DNA from: Auanema rhodensis
Lineage: Eukaryota; Animalia; Nematoda
Assembly (NCBI GenBank): GCA_964057225.1
Contig: OZ059895.1
Span: forward strand, 21,266,001 to 21,330,000
Direction of reading: 5' to 3'
DNA: 64,000 nucleotides
Of the stretch, positions 36,501-51,500 are shown in pieces (the first letter of the stretch is position 1; every line of letters begins with the position of its first letter). The notes under the pieces are model-generated. The model was given only the letters and a program-made list of their open reading frames with translations, ran no database searches and was not told the origin of the DNA. Made by a program: the position numbers and the translations under genes.

Positions 36501-39500
36501 GAACTTTAATTTATGCTAATTAAGTGAACACATGATGTGCACTTGGTATGTAACTCGCTTCACGTGAAAGATAGAGAGATGCGGTTTTCAAAATAGATTC
36601 CCCATGTCCATATTAGTCTAAAAACGAATTTTTATTGATATTGATTCATGGTAACCATGACTTTGAAAATTACGTGAACTTTAATTTATGCTTATTAAGT
36701 GTACACGTGATGTGCACTTGGTATGTAACTCGCTTCACGTCAAAGATAAAGGGATGCGGTTTTCAAAATTAGATTCCCCATGTCCATATTAGTCTAAAAA
36801 CAAATTTTTATGAATATTGGTGCATGGTAACCATGACTTTGAAATTTACGTGAACTTTAATTTATGCTAATTAAGTGTACACATGATGTGCACTTGGTAT
36901 GTAACTCGCTTCACGTCAAAGATAAAGAGATGCGGTTTTCAAAATTAGATTCCCCATCGCTATATTAGTCTAAAAACAAATTTTTGTTGATATTGGTGGA
37001 TGGTAACCATGACTTTGAAATTTACGTGAACTTTAATTTATGCTAATTAAGTGTACACATGATGTGCGCTTGGTATGTAACTTGCTTCACGTGAAAGATA
37101 AAGGGATGCGGTTTTCAAAATTAGATTCCCCATGTCCATATTAGTCTAAAAACAAATTTTTGTTGATATTGGTGCATGGCAACCATGACTTTAAAATTTA
37201 CGTGAACTTTAATTTATGCTAATTAAGTGTACACATGATGTGCACTTGGTATGTAACTCGCTTCACGTGAAAGATAAAGAGATGCGGTTTTCAAAATTAG
37301 ATTCCCCATTTCCATATTAGTCTAAAAACAATATTTTATTGATATTGGTGCATGGCAACCATGACTTTAAAATTTACGTGAACTTTAATTTATGCTAATT
37401 AAGTGTACACATGATGTGCACTTGGTATGTAACTCGCTTCACGTCAAAGATAAAGAGATGCGGTTTTCAAAATTAGATTCCCCATGTCCATATTAGTCTA
37501 AAAACAAATTTTTGTTGATATTGGTGGATGGTAACCATGACTTTGAAATTTACGTGAACTTTAATTTATGCTAATTAAGTGTACACATGATGTGCGCTTG
37601 GTATGTAACTTGCTTCACGTGAAAGATAAAGGGATGCGGTTTTCAAAATTAGATTCCCCATGTCCATATTAGTCTAAAAACAAATTTTTGTTGATATTGG
37701 TGCATGGCAACCATGACTTTAAAATTTACGTGAACTTTAATTTATGCTAATTAAGTGTACACATGATGTGCACTTGGTATGTAACTCGCTTCACGTGAAA
37801 GATAAAGAGATGCAGTTTTCAAAATTAGATTCCCCATGTCCATATTAGTCTGAAAACAAATTTTTGTTGATATTGGTGAATGGTAACCATGACTTTGAAA
37901 TTTACGTGAACTTTAATTTATGCTAATTAAGTGTACACATGATGTGCACTTGGTATGTAACTCGCTTCACGTCAAAGATAAAGAGATGCGGTTTTCAAAA
38001 TTAGATTCCCCATGTCCATATTAGTCTAAAAACAAATTTTTGTTGATATTGGTGAATGGTAACCATGACTTTGAAATTTACGTGAACTTTAATTTATGCT
38101 AATTAAGTGTACACATGATGTGCGCTTGGTATGTAACTTGCTTCACGTGAAAGATAAAGGGATGCGGTTTTCAAAATTAGATTCCCCATGTCCATATTAG
38201 TCTAAAAACAAATTTTTGTTGATATTGGTGCATGGCAACCATGACTTTAAAATTTACGTGAACTTTAATTTATGCTAATTAAGTGTACACATGATGTGCA
38301 CTTGGTATGTAACTCGCTTCACGTGAAAGATAAAGAGATGCAGTTTTCAAAATTAGATTCCCCATGTCCATATTAGTCTAAAAACAAATTTTTATTGATA
38401 TTGGTGCATGGCAACCATGACTTTAAAATTTACGTGAACTTTAATTTATGCTAATTAAGTGTACACATGATGTGCGCTTGGTATGTAACTTGCTTCACGT
38501 GAAAGATAAAGGGATGCGGTTTTCAAAATTAGATTCCCCATGTCCATATTAGTCTAAAAACAAATTTTTGTTTATATTGGTGCATGGCAACCATGACTTT
38601 GAAATTTACGTGAACTTTAATTTATGCTAATTAAGTGTACACATGATGTGCGCTTGGTATGTAACTTGCTTCACGTGAAAGATAAAGGGATGCGGTTTTC
38701 AAAATTAGATTCCCCATGTCCATATTAGTCTAAAAACAAATTTTTATTAATATTGGTGCATGGTAACCATGACTTTGAAATTTACGTGAACTTTAATTTA
38801 TGCTAATTAAGTGTACACATGATGTGCGCTTGGTATGTAACTCGCTTCACGTGAAAGATAAAGAGATGCGGTTTTCAAAATTAGATTCCCCATTTCCATA
38901 TTAGTCTAAAAACAATATTTTATTGATATTGGTGCATGGCAACCATGACTTTAAAATTTACGTGAACTTTAATTTATGCTAATTAAGTGTACACATGATG
39001 TGCACTTGGTATGTAACTCGCTTCACGTCAAAGATAAAGAGATGCGGTTTTCAAAATTAGATTCCCCATGTCCATATTAGTCTAAAAACAAATTTTTATG
39101 AATATTGGTGCATGGTAACCATGACTTTGAAATTTACGTGAACTTTAATTTATGCTAATTAAGTGTACACATGATGTGCACTTGGTATGTAACTCGCTTC
39201 ACGTCAAAGATAAAGAGATGCGGTTTTCAAAATTAGATTCCCCATCGCTATATTAGTCTAAAAACAAATTTTTGTTGATATTGGTGGATGGTAACCATGA
39301 CTTTGAAATTTACGTGAACTTTAATTTATGCTAATTAAGTGTACACATGATGTGCGCTTGGTATGTAACTTGCTTCACGTGAAAGATAAAGGGATGCGGT
39401 TTTCAAAATTAGATTCCCCATGTCCATATTAGTCTAAAAACAAAATTTTGTTGTTATTGGTGCATGGCAACCATGACTTTAAAATTTACGTGAACTTTAA

Positions 39501-42500
39501 TTTATGCTAATTAAGTGTACACATGATGTGCACTTGGTATGTAACTCGCTTCACGTGAAAGATAAAGAGATGCGGTTTTCAAAATTAGATTCCCCATTTC
39601 CATATTAGTCTAAAAACAATATTTTATTGATATTGGTGCATGGCAACCATGACTTTAAAATTTACGTGAACTTTAATTTATGCTAATTAAGTGTACACAT
39701 GATGTGCACTTGGTATGTAACTCGCTTCACGTCAAAGATAAAGAGATGCGGTTTTCAAAATTAGATTCCCCATGTCCATATTAGTCTAAAAACAAATTTT
39801 TGTTGATATTGGTGGATGGTAACCATGACTTTGAAATTTACGTGAACTTTAATTTATGCTAATTAAGTGTACACATGATGTGCGCTTGGTATGTAACTTG
39901 CTTCACGTGAAAGATAAAGGGATGCGGTTTTCAAAATTAGATTCCCCATGTCCATATTAGTCTAAAAACAAATTTTTGTTGATAATGGTGCATGGCAACC
40001 ATGACTTTAAAATTTACGTGAACTTTAATTTATGCTAATTAAGTGTACACATGATGTGCACTTGGTATGTAACTCGCTTCACGTGAAAGATAAAGAGATG
40101 CGGTTTTCAAAATTAGATTCCCCATTTCCATATTAGTCTAAAAACAATATTTTATTGATATTGGTGCATGGCAACCATGACTTTAAAATTTTCGTGAACT
40201 TTAATTTATGCTAATTAAGTGTACACATGATGTGCACTTGGTATGTAACTCGCTTCACGTCAAAGATAAAGAGATGCGGTTTTCAAAATTAGATTCCCCA
40301 TGTCCATATTAGTCTAAAAACAAATTTTTGTTGATATTGGTGGATGGTAACCATGACTTTGAAATTTACGTGAACTTTAATTTATGCTAATTAAGTGTAC
40401 ACATGATGTGCGCTTGGTATGTAACTTGCTTCACGTGAAAGATAAAGGGATGCGGTTTTCAAAATTAGATTCCCCATGTCCATATTAGTCTAAAAACAAA
40501 TTTTTGTTGATATTGGTGCATGGCAACCATGACTTTAAAATTTACGTGAACTTTAATTTATGCTAATTAAGTGTACACATGATGTGCACTTGGTATGTAA
40601 CTCGCTTCACGTGAAAGATAAAGAGATGCAGTTTTCAAAATTAGATTCCCCATGTCCATATTAGTCTAAAAACAAATTTTTGTTGATATTGGTGCATGGC
40701 AACCATGACTTTAAAATTTACGTGAACTTTAATTTATGCTAATTAAGTGTACACATGATGTGCACTTGGTATGTAACTCGCTTCACGTGAAAGATAAAGA
40801 GATGCGGTTTTCAAAATTAGATTCCCCATTTTCATATTAGTCTAAAAACAATATTTTATTGATATTGGTGCATGGCAACCATGACTTTAAAATTTACGTG
40901 AACTTTAATTTATGCTAATTAAGTGTACACATGATGTGCACTTGGTATGTAACTCGCTTCACGTCAAAGATAAAGAGATGCGGTTTTCAAAATTAGATTC
41001 CCCATGTCCATATTAGTCTAAAAACAAATTTTTATTGATATTGGTGCATGGCAACCATGACTTTGAAATTTACGTGAACTTTAATTTATGCTAATTAAGT
41101 GTACACATGATGTGCACTTGGTATGTAACTCGCTTCACGTCAAAGATAAAGAGATGCGGTTTTCAAAATTAGATTCCCCATGTCCATATTAGTCTAAAAA
41201 CAAATTTTTGTTGATATTGGTGGATGGTAACCATGACTTTGAAATTTACGTGAACTTTAATTTATGCTAATTAAGTGTACACATGATGTGCGCTTGGTAT
41301 GTAACTTGCTTCACGTGAAAGATAAAGGGATGGGGTTTTCAAAATTAGATTCCCCATGTCCATATTAGTCTAAAAACAAATTTTTGTTGATATTGGTGCA
41401 TGGCAACCATGACTTTGAAATTTACGTGAACTTTAATTTATGCTAATTAAGTGTACACATGATGTGCACTTGGTATGTAACTCGCTTCACGTGAAAGATA
41501 AAGAGATGCGGTTTTCAAAATTAGATTCCCCATTTTCATATTAGTCTAAAAACAATATTTTATTGATATTGGTGCATGGCAACCATGACTTTAAAATTTA
41601 CGTGAACTTTAATTTATGCTAATTAAGTGTACACATGATGTGCACTTGGTATGTAACTCGCTTCACGTCAAAGATAAAGAGATGCGGTTTTCAAAATTAG
41701 ATTCCCCATGTCCATATTAGTCTAAAAACAAATTTTTATTGATATTGGTGCATGGCAACCATGACTTTGAAATTTACGTGAACTTTAATTTATGCTAATT
41801 AAGTGTACACATGATGTGCACTTGGTATGTAACTCGCTTCACGTCAAAGATAAAGAGATGCGGTTTTCAAAATTAGATTCCCCATGTCCATATTAGTCTA
41901 AAAACAAATTTTTGTTGATATTGGTGGATGGTAACCATGACTTTGAAATTTACGTGAACTTTAATTTATGCTAATTAAGTGTACACATGATGTGCGCTTG
42001 GTATGTAACTTGCTTCACGTGAAAGATAAAGGGATGCGGTTTTAAAAATTAGATTCCCCATGTCTATATTAGTCTAAAAACAAATTTTTATTGATATTGG
42101 TGCATGGCAACCATGACTTTGAAATTTACGTGAACTTTAATTTATGCTAATTAAGTGTACACATGATGTGCACTTGGTATGTAACTCGCTTCACGTCAAA
42201 GATAAAGAGATGCGGTTTTCAAAATTAGATTCCCCATGTCCATATTAGTCTAAAAACAAATTTTTGTTGATATTGGTGGATGGTAACCATGACTTTGAAA
42301 TTTACGTGAACTTTAATTTATGCTAATTAAGTGTACACATGATGTGCGCTTGGTATGTAACTTGCTTCACGTGAAAGATAAAGGGATGGGGTTTTCAAAA
42401 TTAGATTCCCCATGTCCATATTAGTCTAAAAACAAATTTTTGTTGATATTGGTGCATGGCAACCATGACTTTGAAATTTACGTGAACTTTAATTTATGCT

Positions 42501-45500
42501 AATTAAGTGTACACATGATGTGCACTTGGTATGTAACTCGCTTCACGTGAAAGATAAAGAGATGCGGTTTTCAAAATTAGATTCCCCATTTTCATATTAG
42601 TCTAAAAACAATATTTTATTGATATTGGTGCATGGCAACCATGACTTTAAAATTTACGTGAACTTTAATTTATGCTAATTAAGTGTACACATGATGTGCA
42701 CTTGGTATGTAACTCGCTTCACGTCAAAGATAAAGAGATGCGGTTTTCAAAATTAGATTCCCCATGTCCTTATTAGTCTAAAAACAAATTTTTATTAATA
42801 TTGGTGCATGGTAACCATGACTTTGAAATTTACGTGAACTTTAATTTATGCTAATTAAGTGTACACATGATGTGCGCTTGGTATGTAACTCGCTTCACGT
42901 GAAAGATAAAGAGATGCGGTTTTCAAAATTAGATTCCTCATGTCCATACTAGTCTAAAAACGAATTTTTATTGATATTGATGCATGGTAACCATGACTTT
43001 GAAATTTACGTGAACTTTAATTTATGCTTATTAAGTGTACACGTGATGTGCACTTGGTATGTAACTTGCTTCACGTGAAAGATAAAGGGATGCGGTTTTC
43101 AAAATTAGATTCCCCATGTCCATATTAGTCTAAAAACAAATTTTTGTTGATATTGGTGGATGGTAACCATGACTTTGTAATTTACGTGAACTTTAATTTA
43201 TGCTAATTAAGTGTACACGTGATGTGCACTTGGTATGTAACTCGCTTCACGTGAAAGATAAAGAGATGCGGTTTTCAAAATTAGATTCCCCATTTCCATA
43301 TTAGTCTAAAAACAATATTTTATTGATATTGGTGCATGGCAACCATGACTTTAAAATTTACGTGAACTTTAATTTATGCTAATAAAGTGTACACATGATG
43401 TGCACTTGGTATGTAACTCGCTTCACGTGAAAGATAAAGAGATGCGGTTTTCAAAATTAGATTCCCCATTTTCATATTAGTCTAAAAACAATATTTTATT
43501 GATATTGGTGCATGGCAACCATGACTTTAAAATTTACGTGAACTTTAATTTATGCTAATTAAGTGTACACATGATGTGCACTTGGTATGTAACTCGCTTC
43601 ACGTCAAAGATAAAGAGATGCGGTTTTCAAAATTAGATTCCCCATGTCCATATTAGTCTAAAAACAAATTTTTATTAATATTGGTGCATGGTAACCATGA
43701 CTTTGAAATTTACGTGAACTTTAATTTATGCTAATTAAGTGTACACATGATGTGCGCTTGGTATGTAACTCGCTTCACGTGAAAGATAAAGAGATGCGGT
43801 TTTCAAAATTAGATTCCTCATGTCCATACTAGTCTAAAAACGAATTTTTATTGATATTGATGCATGGTAACCATGACTTTGAAATTTACGTGAACTTTAA
43901 TTTATGCTTATTAAGTGTACACGTGATGTGCACTTGGTATGTAACTTGCTTCACGTGAAAGATAAAGGGATGCGGTTTTCAAAATTAGATTTCCCATTTC
44001 CATATTAGTCTAAAAACAATATTTTATTGATATTGGTGCATGGCAACCATGACTTTAAAATTTACGTGAACTTTAATTTATGCTAATTAAGTGTACACAT
44101 GATGTGCACTTGGTATGTAACTCGCTTCACGTCAAAGATAAAGAGATGCGGTTTTCAAAATTAGATTCCCCATTTCCATATTAGTCTAAAAACAATATTT
44201 TATTGATATTGGTGCATGGCAACCATGACTTTAAAATTTACGTGAACTTTAATTTATGCTAATAAAGTGTACACATGATGTGCACTTGGTATGTAACTCG
44301 CTTCACGTGAAAGATAAAGAGATGCGGTTTTCAAAATTAGATTCCCCATTTTCATATTAGTCTAAAAACAATATTTTATTGATATTGGTGCATGGCAACC
44401 ATGACTTTAAAATTTACGTGAACTTTAATTTATGCTAATTAAGTGTACACATGATGTGCACTTGGTATGTAACTCGCTTCACGTCAAAGATAAAGAGATG
44501 CGGTTTTCAAAATTAGATTCCTCATGTCCATATTAGTCTAAAAACAAATTTTTGTTGATATTGGTGGATGGTAACCATGACTTTGTAATTTACGTGAACT
44601 TTAATTTATGCTAATTAAGTGTACACATGATGTGCGCTTGGTATGTAACTCGCTTCACGTGAAAGATAAAGAGATGCGGTTTTCAAAATTAGATTCCCCA
44701 TTTCCATATTAGTCTAAAAACAATATTTTATTGATATTGGTGCATGGCAACCATGACTTTAAAATTTACGTGAACTTTAATTTATGCTAATTAAGTGTAC
44801 ACATGATGTGCACTTGGTATGTAACTCGCTTCACGTCAAAGATAAAGAGATGCGGTTTTCAAAATTAGATTCCCCATGTCCATATTAGTCTAAAAACAAA
44901 TTTTTATTAATATTGGTGCATGGTAACCATGACTTTGAAATTTACGTGAACTTTAATTTATGCTAATTAAGTGTACACATGATGTGCGCTTGGTATGTAA
45001 CTCGCTTCACGTGAAAGATAAAGAGATGCGGTTTTCAAAATTAGATTCCTCATGTCCATACTAGTCTAAAAACGAATTTTTATTGATATTGATGCATGGT
45101 AACCATGACTTTGAAATTTACGTGAACTTTAATTTATGCTTATTAAGTGTACACGTGATGTGCACTTGGTATGTAACTTGCTTCACGTGAAAGATAAAGG
45201 GATGCGGTTTTCAAAATTAGATTTCCCATTTCCATATTAGTCTAAAAACAATATTTTATTGATATTGGTGCATGGCAACCATGACTTTAAAATTTACGTG
45301 AACTTTAATTTATGCTAATTAAGTGTACACATGATGTGCACTTGGTATGTAACTCGCTTCACGTCAAAGATAAAGAGATGCGGTTTTCAAAATTAGATTC
45401 CCCATGTCCATATTAGTCTAAAAACAAATTTTTATTAATATTGGTGCATGGTAACCATGACTTTGAAATTTACGTGAACTTTAATTTATGCTAATTAAGT

Positions 45501-48500
45501 GTACACATGAAGTGCGCTTGGTATGTAACTCGCTTCACGTGAAAGATAAAGAGATGCGGTTTTCAAAATTAGATTCCTCATGTCCATACTAGTCTAAAAA
45601 CGAATTTTTATTGATATTGATGCATGGTAACCATGACTTTGAAATTTACGTGAACTTTAATTTATGCTTATTAAGTGTACACGTGATGTGCACTTGGTAT
45701 GTAACTTGCTTCACGTGAAAGATAAAGGGATGCGGTTTTCAAAATTAGATTCCCCATGTCCATATTAGTCTAAAAACAAATTTTTATTAATATTGGTGCA
45801 TGGTAACCATGACTTTGAAATTTACGTGAACTTTAATTTATGCTAATTAAGTGTACACATGATGTGCGCTTGGTATGTAACTCGCTTCACGTGAAAGATA
45901 AAGAGATGCGGTTTTCAAAATTAGATTCCCCATTTCCATATTAGTCTAAAAACAATATTTTATTGATATTGGTGCATGGCAACCATGACTTTAAAATTTA
46001 CGTGAACTTTAATTTATGCTAATTAAGTGTACACATGATGTGCACTTGGTATGTAACTCGCTTCACGTCAAAGATAAAGAGATGCGGTTTTCAAAATTAG
46101 ATTCCCCATGTCCATATTAGTCTAAAAACAAATTTTTATTAATATTGGTGCATGGTAACCATGACTTTGAAATTTACGTGAACTTTAATTTATGCTAATT
46201 AAGTGTACACATGATGTGCGCTTGGTATGTAACTCGCTTCACGTGAAAGATAAAGAGATGCGGTTTTCAAAATTAGATTCCTCATGTCCATACTAGTCTA
46301 AAAACGAATTTTTATTGATATTGATGCATGGTAACCATGACTTTGAAATTTACGTGAACTTTAATTTATGCTTATTAAGTTTACACGTGATGTGCACTTG
46401 GTATGTAACTTGCTTCACGTGAAAGATAAAGGGATACGGTTTTCAAAATTAGATTCCCCATGTCCATATTAGTCTAAAAACAAATTTTTGTTGATATTGG
46501 TGGATGGTAACCATGACTTTGTAATTTACGTGAACTTTAATTTATGCTAATTAAGTGTACACGTGATGTGCACTTGGTATGTAACTTGCTTCACGTGAAA
46601 GATAAAGGGATGCGGTTTTCAAAATTAGATTCCCCATTTCCATATTAGTCTAAAAACAATATTTTATTGATATTGGTGCATGGCAACCATGACTTTAAAA
46701 TTTACGTGAACTTTAATTTATGCTAATTAAGTGTACACATGATGTGCACTTGGTATGTAACTCGCTTCACGTCAAAGATAAAGAGATGCGGTTTTCAAAA
46801 TTAGATTCCCCATGTCCATATTAGTCTAAAAACAAATTTTTGTTGATATTGGTGCATGGCAACCATGACTTTAAAATTTACGTGAACTTTAATTTATGCT
46901 AATTAAGTGTACACATGATGTGCACTTGGTATGTAACTCGCTTCACGTGAAAGATAAAGAGATGCGGTTTTCAAAATTAGATTCCCCATTTCCATATTAG
47001 TCTAAAAACAAATTTTTGTTGATATTGGTGGATGGTAACCATGACTTTGAAATTTACGTGAACTTTAATTTATGCTAATTAAGTGTACACATGATGTGCG
47101 CTTGGTATGTAACTTGCTTCACGTCAAAGATAAAGAGATGCGGTTTTCAAAATTAGATTCCCCATGTCCATATTAGTCTAAAAACAAATTTTTGTTGATA
47201 TTGGTGGATGGTAACCATGACTTTGAAATTTACGTGAACTTTAATTTATGCTAATTAAGTGTACACATGATGTGCGCTTGGTATGTAACTTGCTTCACGT
47301 GAAAGATAAAGGGATGCGGTTTTCAAAATTAGATTCCCCATGTCCATATTAGTCTAAAAACAAATTTTTGTTGATATTGGTGCATGGCAACCATGACTTT
47401 GAAATTTACGTGAACTTTAATTTATGCTAATTAAGTGTACACATGATGTGCACTTGGTATGTAACTCGCTTCACGTGAAAGATAAAGAGATGCGGTTTTC
47501 AAAATTAGATTCCCCATTTTCATATTAGTCTAAAAACAATAATTTATTGATATTGGTGCATGGCAACCATGACTTTAAAATTTACGTGAACTTTAATTTA
47601 TGCTAATTAAGTGTACACATGATGTGCACTTGGTATGTAACTCGCTTCACGTCAAAGATAAAGAGATGCGGTTTTCAAAATTAGATTCCCCATGTCCATA
47701 TTAGTCTAAAAACAAATTTTTATTGATATTGGTGCATGGCAACCATGACTTTGAAATTTACGTGAACTTTAATTTATGCTAATTAAGTGTACACATGATG
47801 TGCACTTGGTATGTAACTCGCTTCACGTCAAAGATAAAGAGATGCGGTTTTCAAAATTAGATTCCCCATGTCCATATTAGTCTAAAAACAAATTTTTGTT
47901 GATATTGGTGAATGGTAACCATGACTTTGAAATTTACGTGAACTTTAATTTATGCTAATTAAGTGTACACATGATGTGCACTTGGTATGTAACTCGCTTC
48001 ACGTGAAATATGAAGAGATGCGGTTTTCAAAATTAGATTCCCCATGTCCATATTAGTCTAAAAACAAATTTTTGTTGATATTGGTGAATGGTAACCATGA
48101 CTTTGAAATTTACGTGATCTTTAATTTATGCTAATTAAGTGTACACATGATGTGCACTTGGTATGTAACTCGCTTCACGTCAAAGATAAAGAGATGCGGT
48201 TTTCAAAATTAGATTCCCCATGTCCATATTAGTCTAAAAACAAATTTTTGTTGATATTGGTGAATGGTAACCATGACTTTGAAATTTACGTGAACTTTAA
48301 TTTATGCTAATTAAGTGTACACATGATGTGCGCTTGGTATGTAACTTGCTTCACGTGAAAGATAAAGGGATGCGGTTTTCAAAATTAGATTCCCCATGTC
48401 CATATTAGTCTAAAAACAAATTTTTGTTGATATTGGTGGATGGTAACCATGACTTTGAAATTTACATGAACTTTAATTTATGCTAATTAAGTGTACACGT

Positions 48501-51500
48501 GATGTGCACTCGGTATGTAACTCGCTTCACGTGAAATATGAAGAGATGCGGTTTTCAAAATTAGATTCCCCATGTCCATATTAGTCTAAAAACAAATTTT
48601 TATTGATATTGGTGCATGGCAACCATGACTTTAAAATTTACGTGAACTTTAATTTATGCTAATTAAGTGTACACATGATGTGCACTTGGTATGTAACTCG
48701 CTTCACGTGAAAGATAAAGAGATGCGGTTTTCAAAATTAGATTCCCCATTTTCATATTAGTCTAAAAACAATAACTTATTGATATTGGTGCATGGCAACC
48801 ATGACTTTAAAATTTACGTGAACTTTAATTTATGCTAATTAAGTGTACACATGATGTGCACTTGGTATGTAACTCGCTTCACGTCAAAGATAAAGAGATG
48901 CGGTTTTCAAAATTAGATTCCCCATGTCCATATTAGTCTAAAAACAAATTTTTATTGATATTGGTGCATGGCAACCATGACTTTGAAATTTACGTGAACT
49001 TTAATTTATGCTTATTAAGTTTACACGTGATGTGCACTTGGTATGTAACTTGCTTCACGTGAAAGATAAAGGGATACGGTTTTCAAAATTAGATTCCCCA
49101 TGTCCATATTAGTCTAAAAACAAATTTTTGTTGATATTGGTGGATGGTAACCATGACTTTGTAATTTACGTGAACTTTAATTTATGCTAATTAAGTGTAC
49201 ACGTGATGTGCACTTGGTATGTAACTTGCTTCACGTGAAAGATAAAGGGATGCGGTTTTCAAAATTAGATTCCCCATTTCCATATTAGTCTAAAAACAAT
49301 ATTTTATTGATATTGGTGCATGGCAACCATGACTTTAAAATTTACGTGAACTTTAATTTATGCTAATTAAGTGTACACATGATGTGCACTTGGTATGTAA
49401 CTCGCTTCACGTCAAAGATAAAGAGATGCGGTTTTCAAAATTAGATTCCCCATGTCCATATTAGTCTAAAAACAAATTTTTGTTGATATTGGTGCATGGC
49501 AACCATGACTTTAAAATTTACGTGAACTTTAATTTATGCTAATTAAGTGTACACATGATGTGCACTTGGTATGTAACTCGCTTCACGTGAAAGATAAAGA
49601 GATGCGGTTTTCAAAATTAGATTCCCCATTTCCATATTAGTCTAAAAACAATATTTTATTGATATTGGTGCATGGCAACCATGACTTTAAAATTTACGTG
49701 AACTTTAATTTATGCTAATTAAGTGTACACATGATGTGCACTTGGTATGTAACTCGCTTCACGTCAAAGATAAAGAGATGCGGTTTTCAAAATTAGATTC
49801 CCCATGTCCATATTAGTCTAAAAACAAATTTTTGTTGATATTGGTGGATGGTAACCATGACTTTGAAATTTACGTGAACTTTAATTTATGCTAATTAAGT
49901 GTACACATGATGTGCGCTTGGTATGTAACTTGCTTCACGTGAAAGATAAAGGGATGCGGTTTTCAAAATTAGATTCCCCATGTCCATATTAGTCTAAAAA
50001 CAAATTTTTGTTGATATTGGTGGATGGTAACCATGACTTTGAAATTTACATGAACTTTAATTTATGCTAATTAAGTGTACACATGATGTGCACTTGGTAT
50101 GTAACTCGCTTCACGTCAAAGATAAAGAGATGCGGTTTTCAAAATTAGATTCCCCATGTCCATATTAGTCTAAAAACAAATTTTTGTTGATATTGGTGGA
50201 TGGTAACCATGACTTTGAAATTTACATGAACTTCAATTTATGCTAATTAAGTGTACACATGATGTGCACTTGGTATGTAACTCGCTTCACGTCAAAGATA
50301 AAGAGATGCGGTTTTCAAAATTAGATTCCCCATGTCCATATTAGTCTAAAAACAAATTTTTGTTGATATTGGTGAATGGTAACCATGACTTTGAAATTTA
50401 CGTGAACTTTAATTTATGCTAATTAAGTGTACACATGATGTGCGCTTGGTATGTAACTTGCTTCACGTGAAAGATAAAGGGATGCGGTTTTCAAAATTAG
50501 ATTCCCCATGTCCATATTAGTCTAAAAACAAATTTTTGTTGATATTGGTGAATGGTAACCATGACTTTGAAATTTACGTGAACTTTAATTTATGCTAATT
50601 AAGTGTACACATGATGTGCGCTTGGTATGTAACTTGCTTCACGTGAAAGATAAAGGGATGCGGTTTTCAAAATTAGATTCCCCATGTCCATATTAGTCTA
50701 AAAACAAATTTTTGTTGATATTGGTGGATGGTAACCATGACTTTGAAATTTACATGAACTTTAATTTATGCTAATTAAGTGTACACATGATGTGCACTTG
50801 GTATGTAACTCGCTTCACGTCAAAGATAAAGAGATGCGGTTTTCAAAATTAGATTCCCCATGTCCATATTAGTCTAAAAACAAATTTTTGTTGATATTGG
50901 TGGATGGTAACCATGACTTTGAAATTTACATGAACTTTAATTTATGCTAATTAAGTGTACACATGATGTGCACTTGGTATGTAACTCGCTTCACGTCAAA
51001 GATAAAGAGATGCGGTTTTCAAAATTAGATTCCCCATTTCCATATTAGTCTAAAAACAATATTTTATTGATATTGGTGCATGGCAACCATGACTTTAAAA
51101 TTTTCGTGAACTTTAATTTATGCTAATTAAGTGTACACATGATGTGCACTTGGTATGTAACTCGCTTCACGTCAAAGATAAAGAGATGCGGTTTTCAAAA
51201 TTAGATTCCCCATGTCCATATTAGTCTAAAAACAAATTTTTGTTGATATTGGTGGATGGTAACCATGACTTTGAAATTTACGTGAACTTTAATTTATGCT
51301 AATTAAGTGTACACATGATGTGCGCTTGGTATGTAACTTGCTTCACGTGAAAGATAAAGGGATGCGGTTTTCAAAATTAGATTCCCCATGTCCATATTAG
51401 TCTAAAAACAAATTTTTGTTGATATTGGTGAATGGTAACCATGACTTTGAAATTTACGTGAACTTTAATTTATGCTAATTAAGTGTACACATGATGTGCG

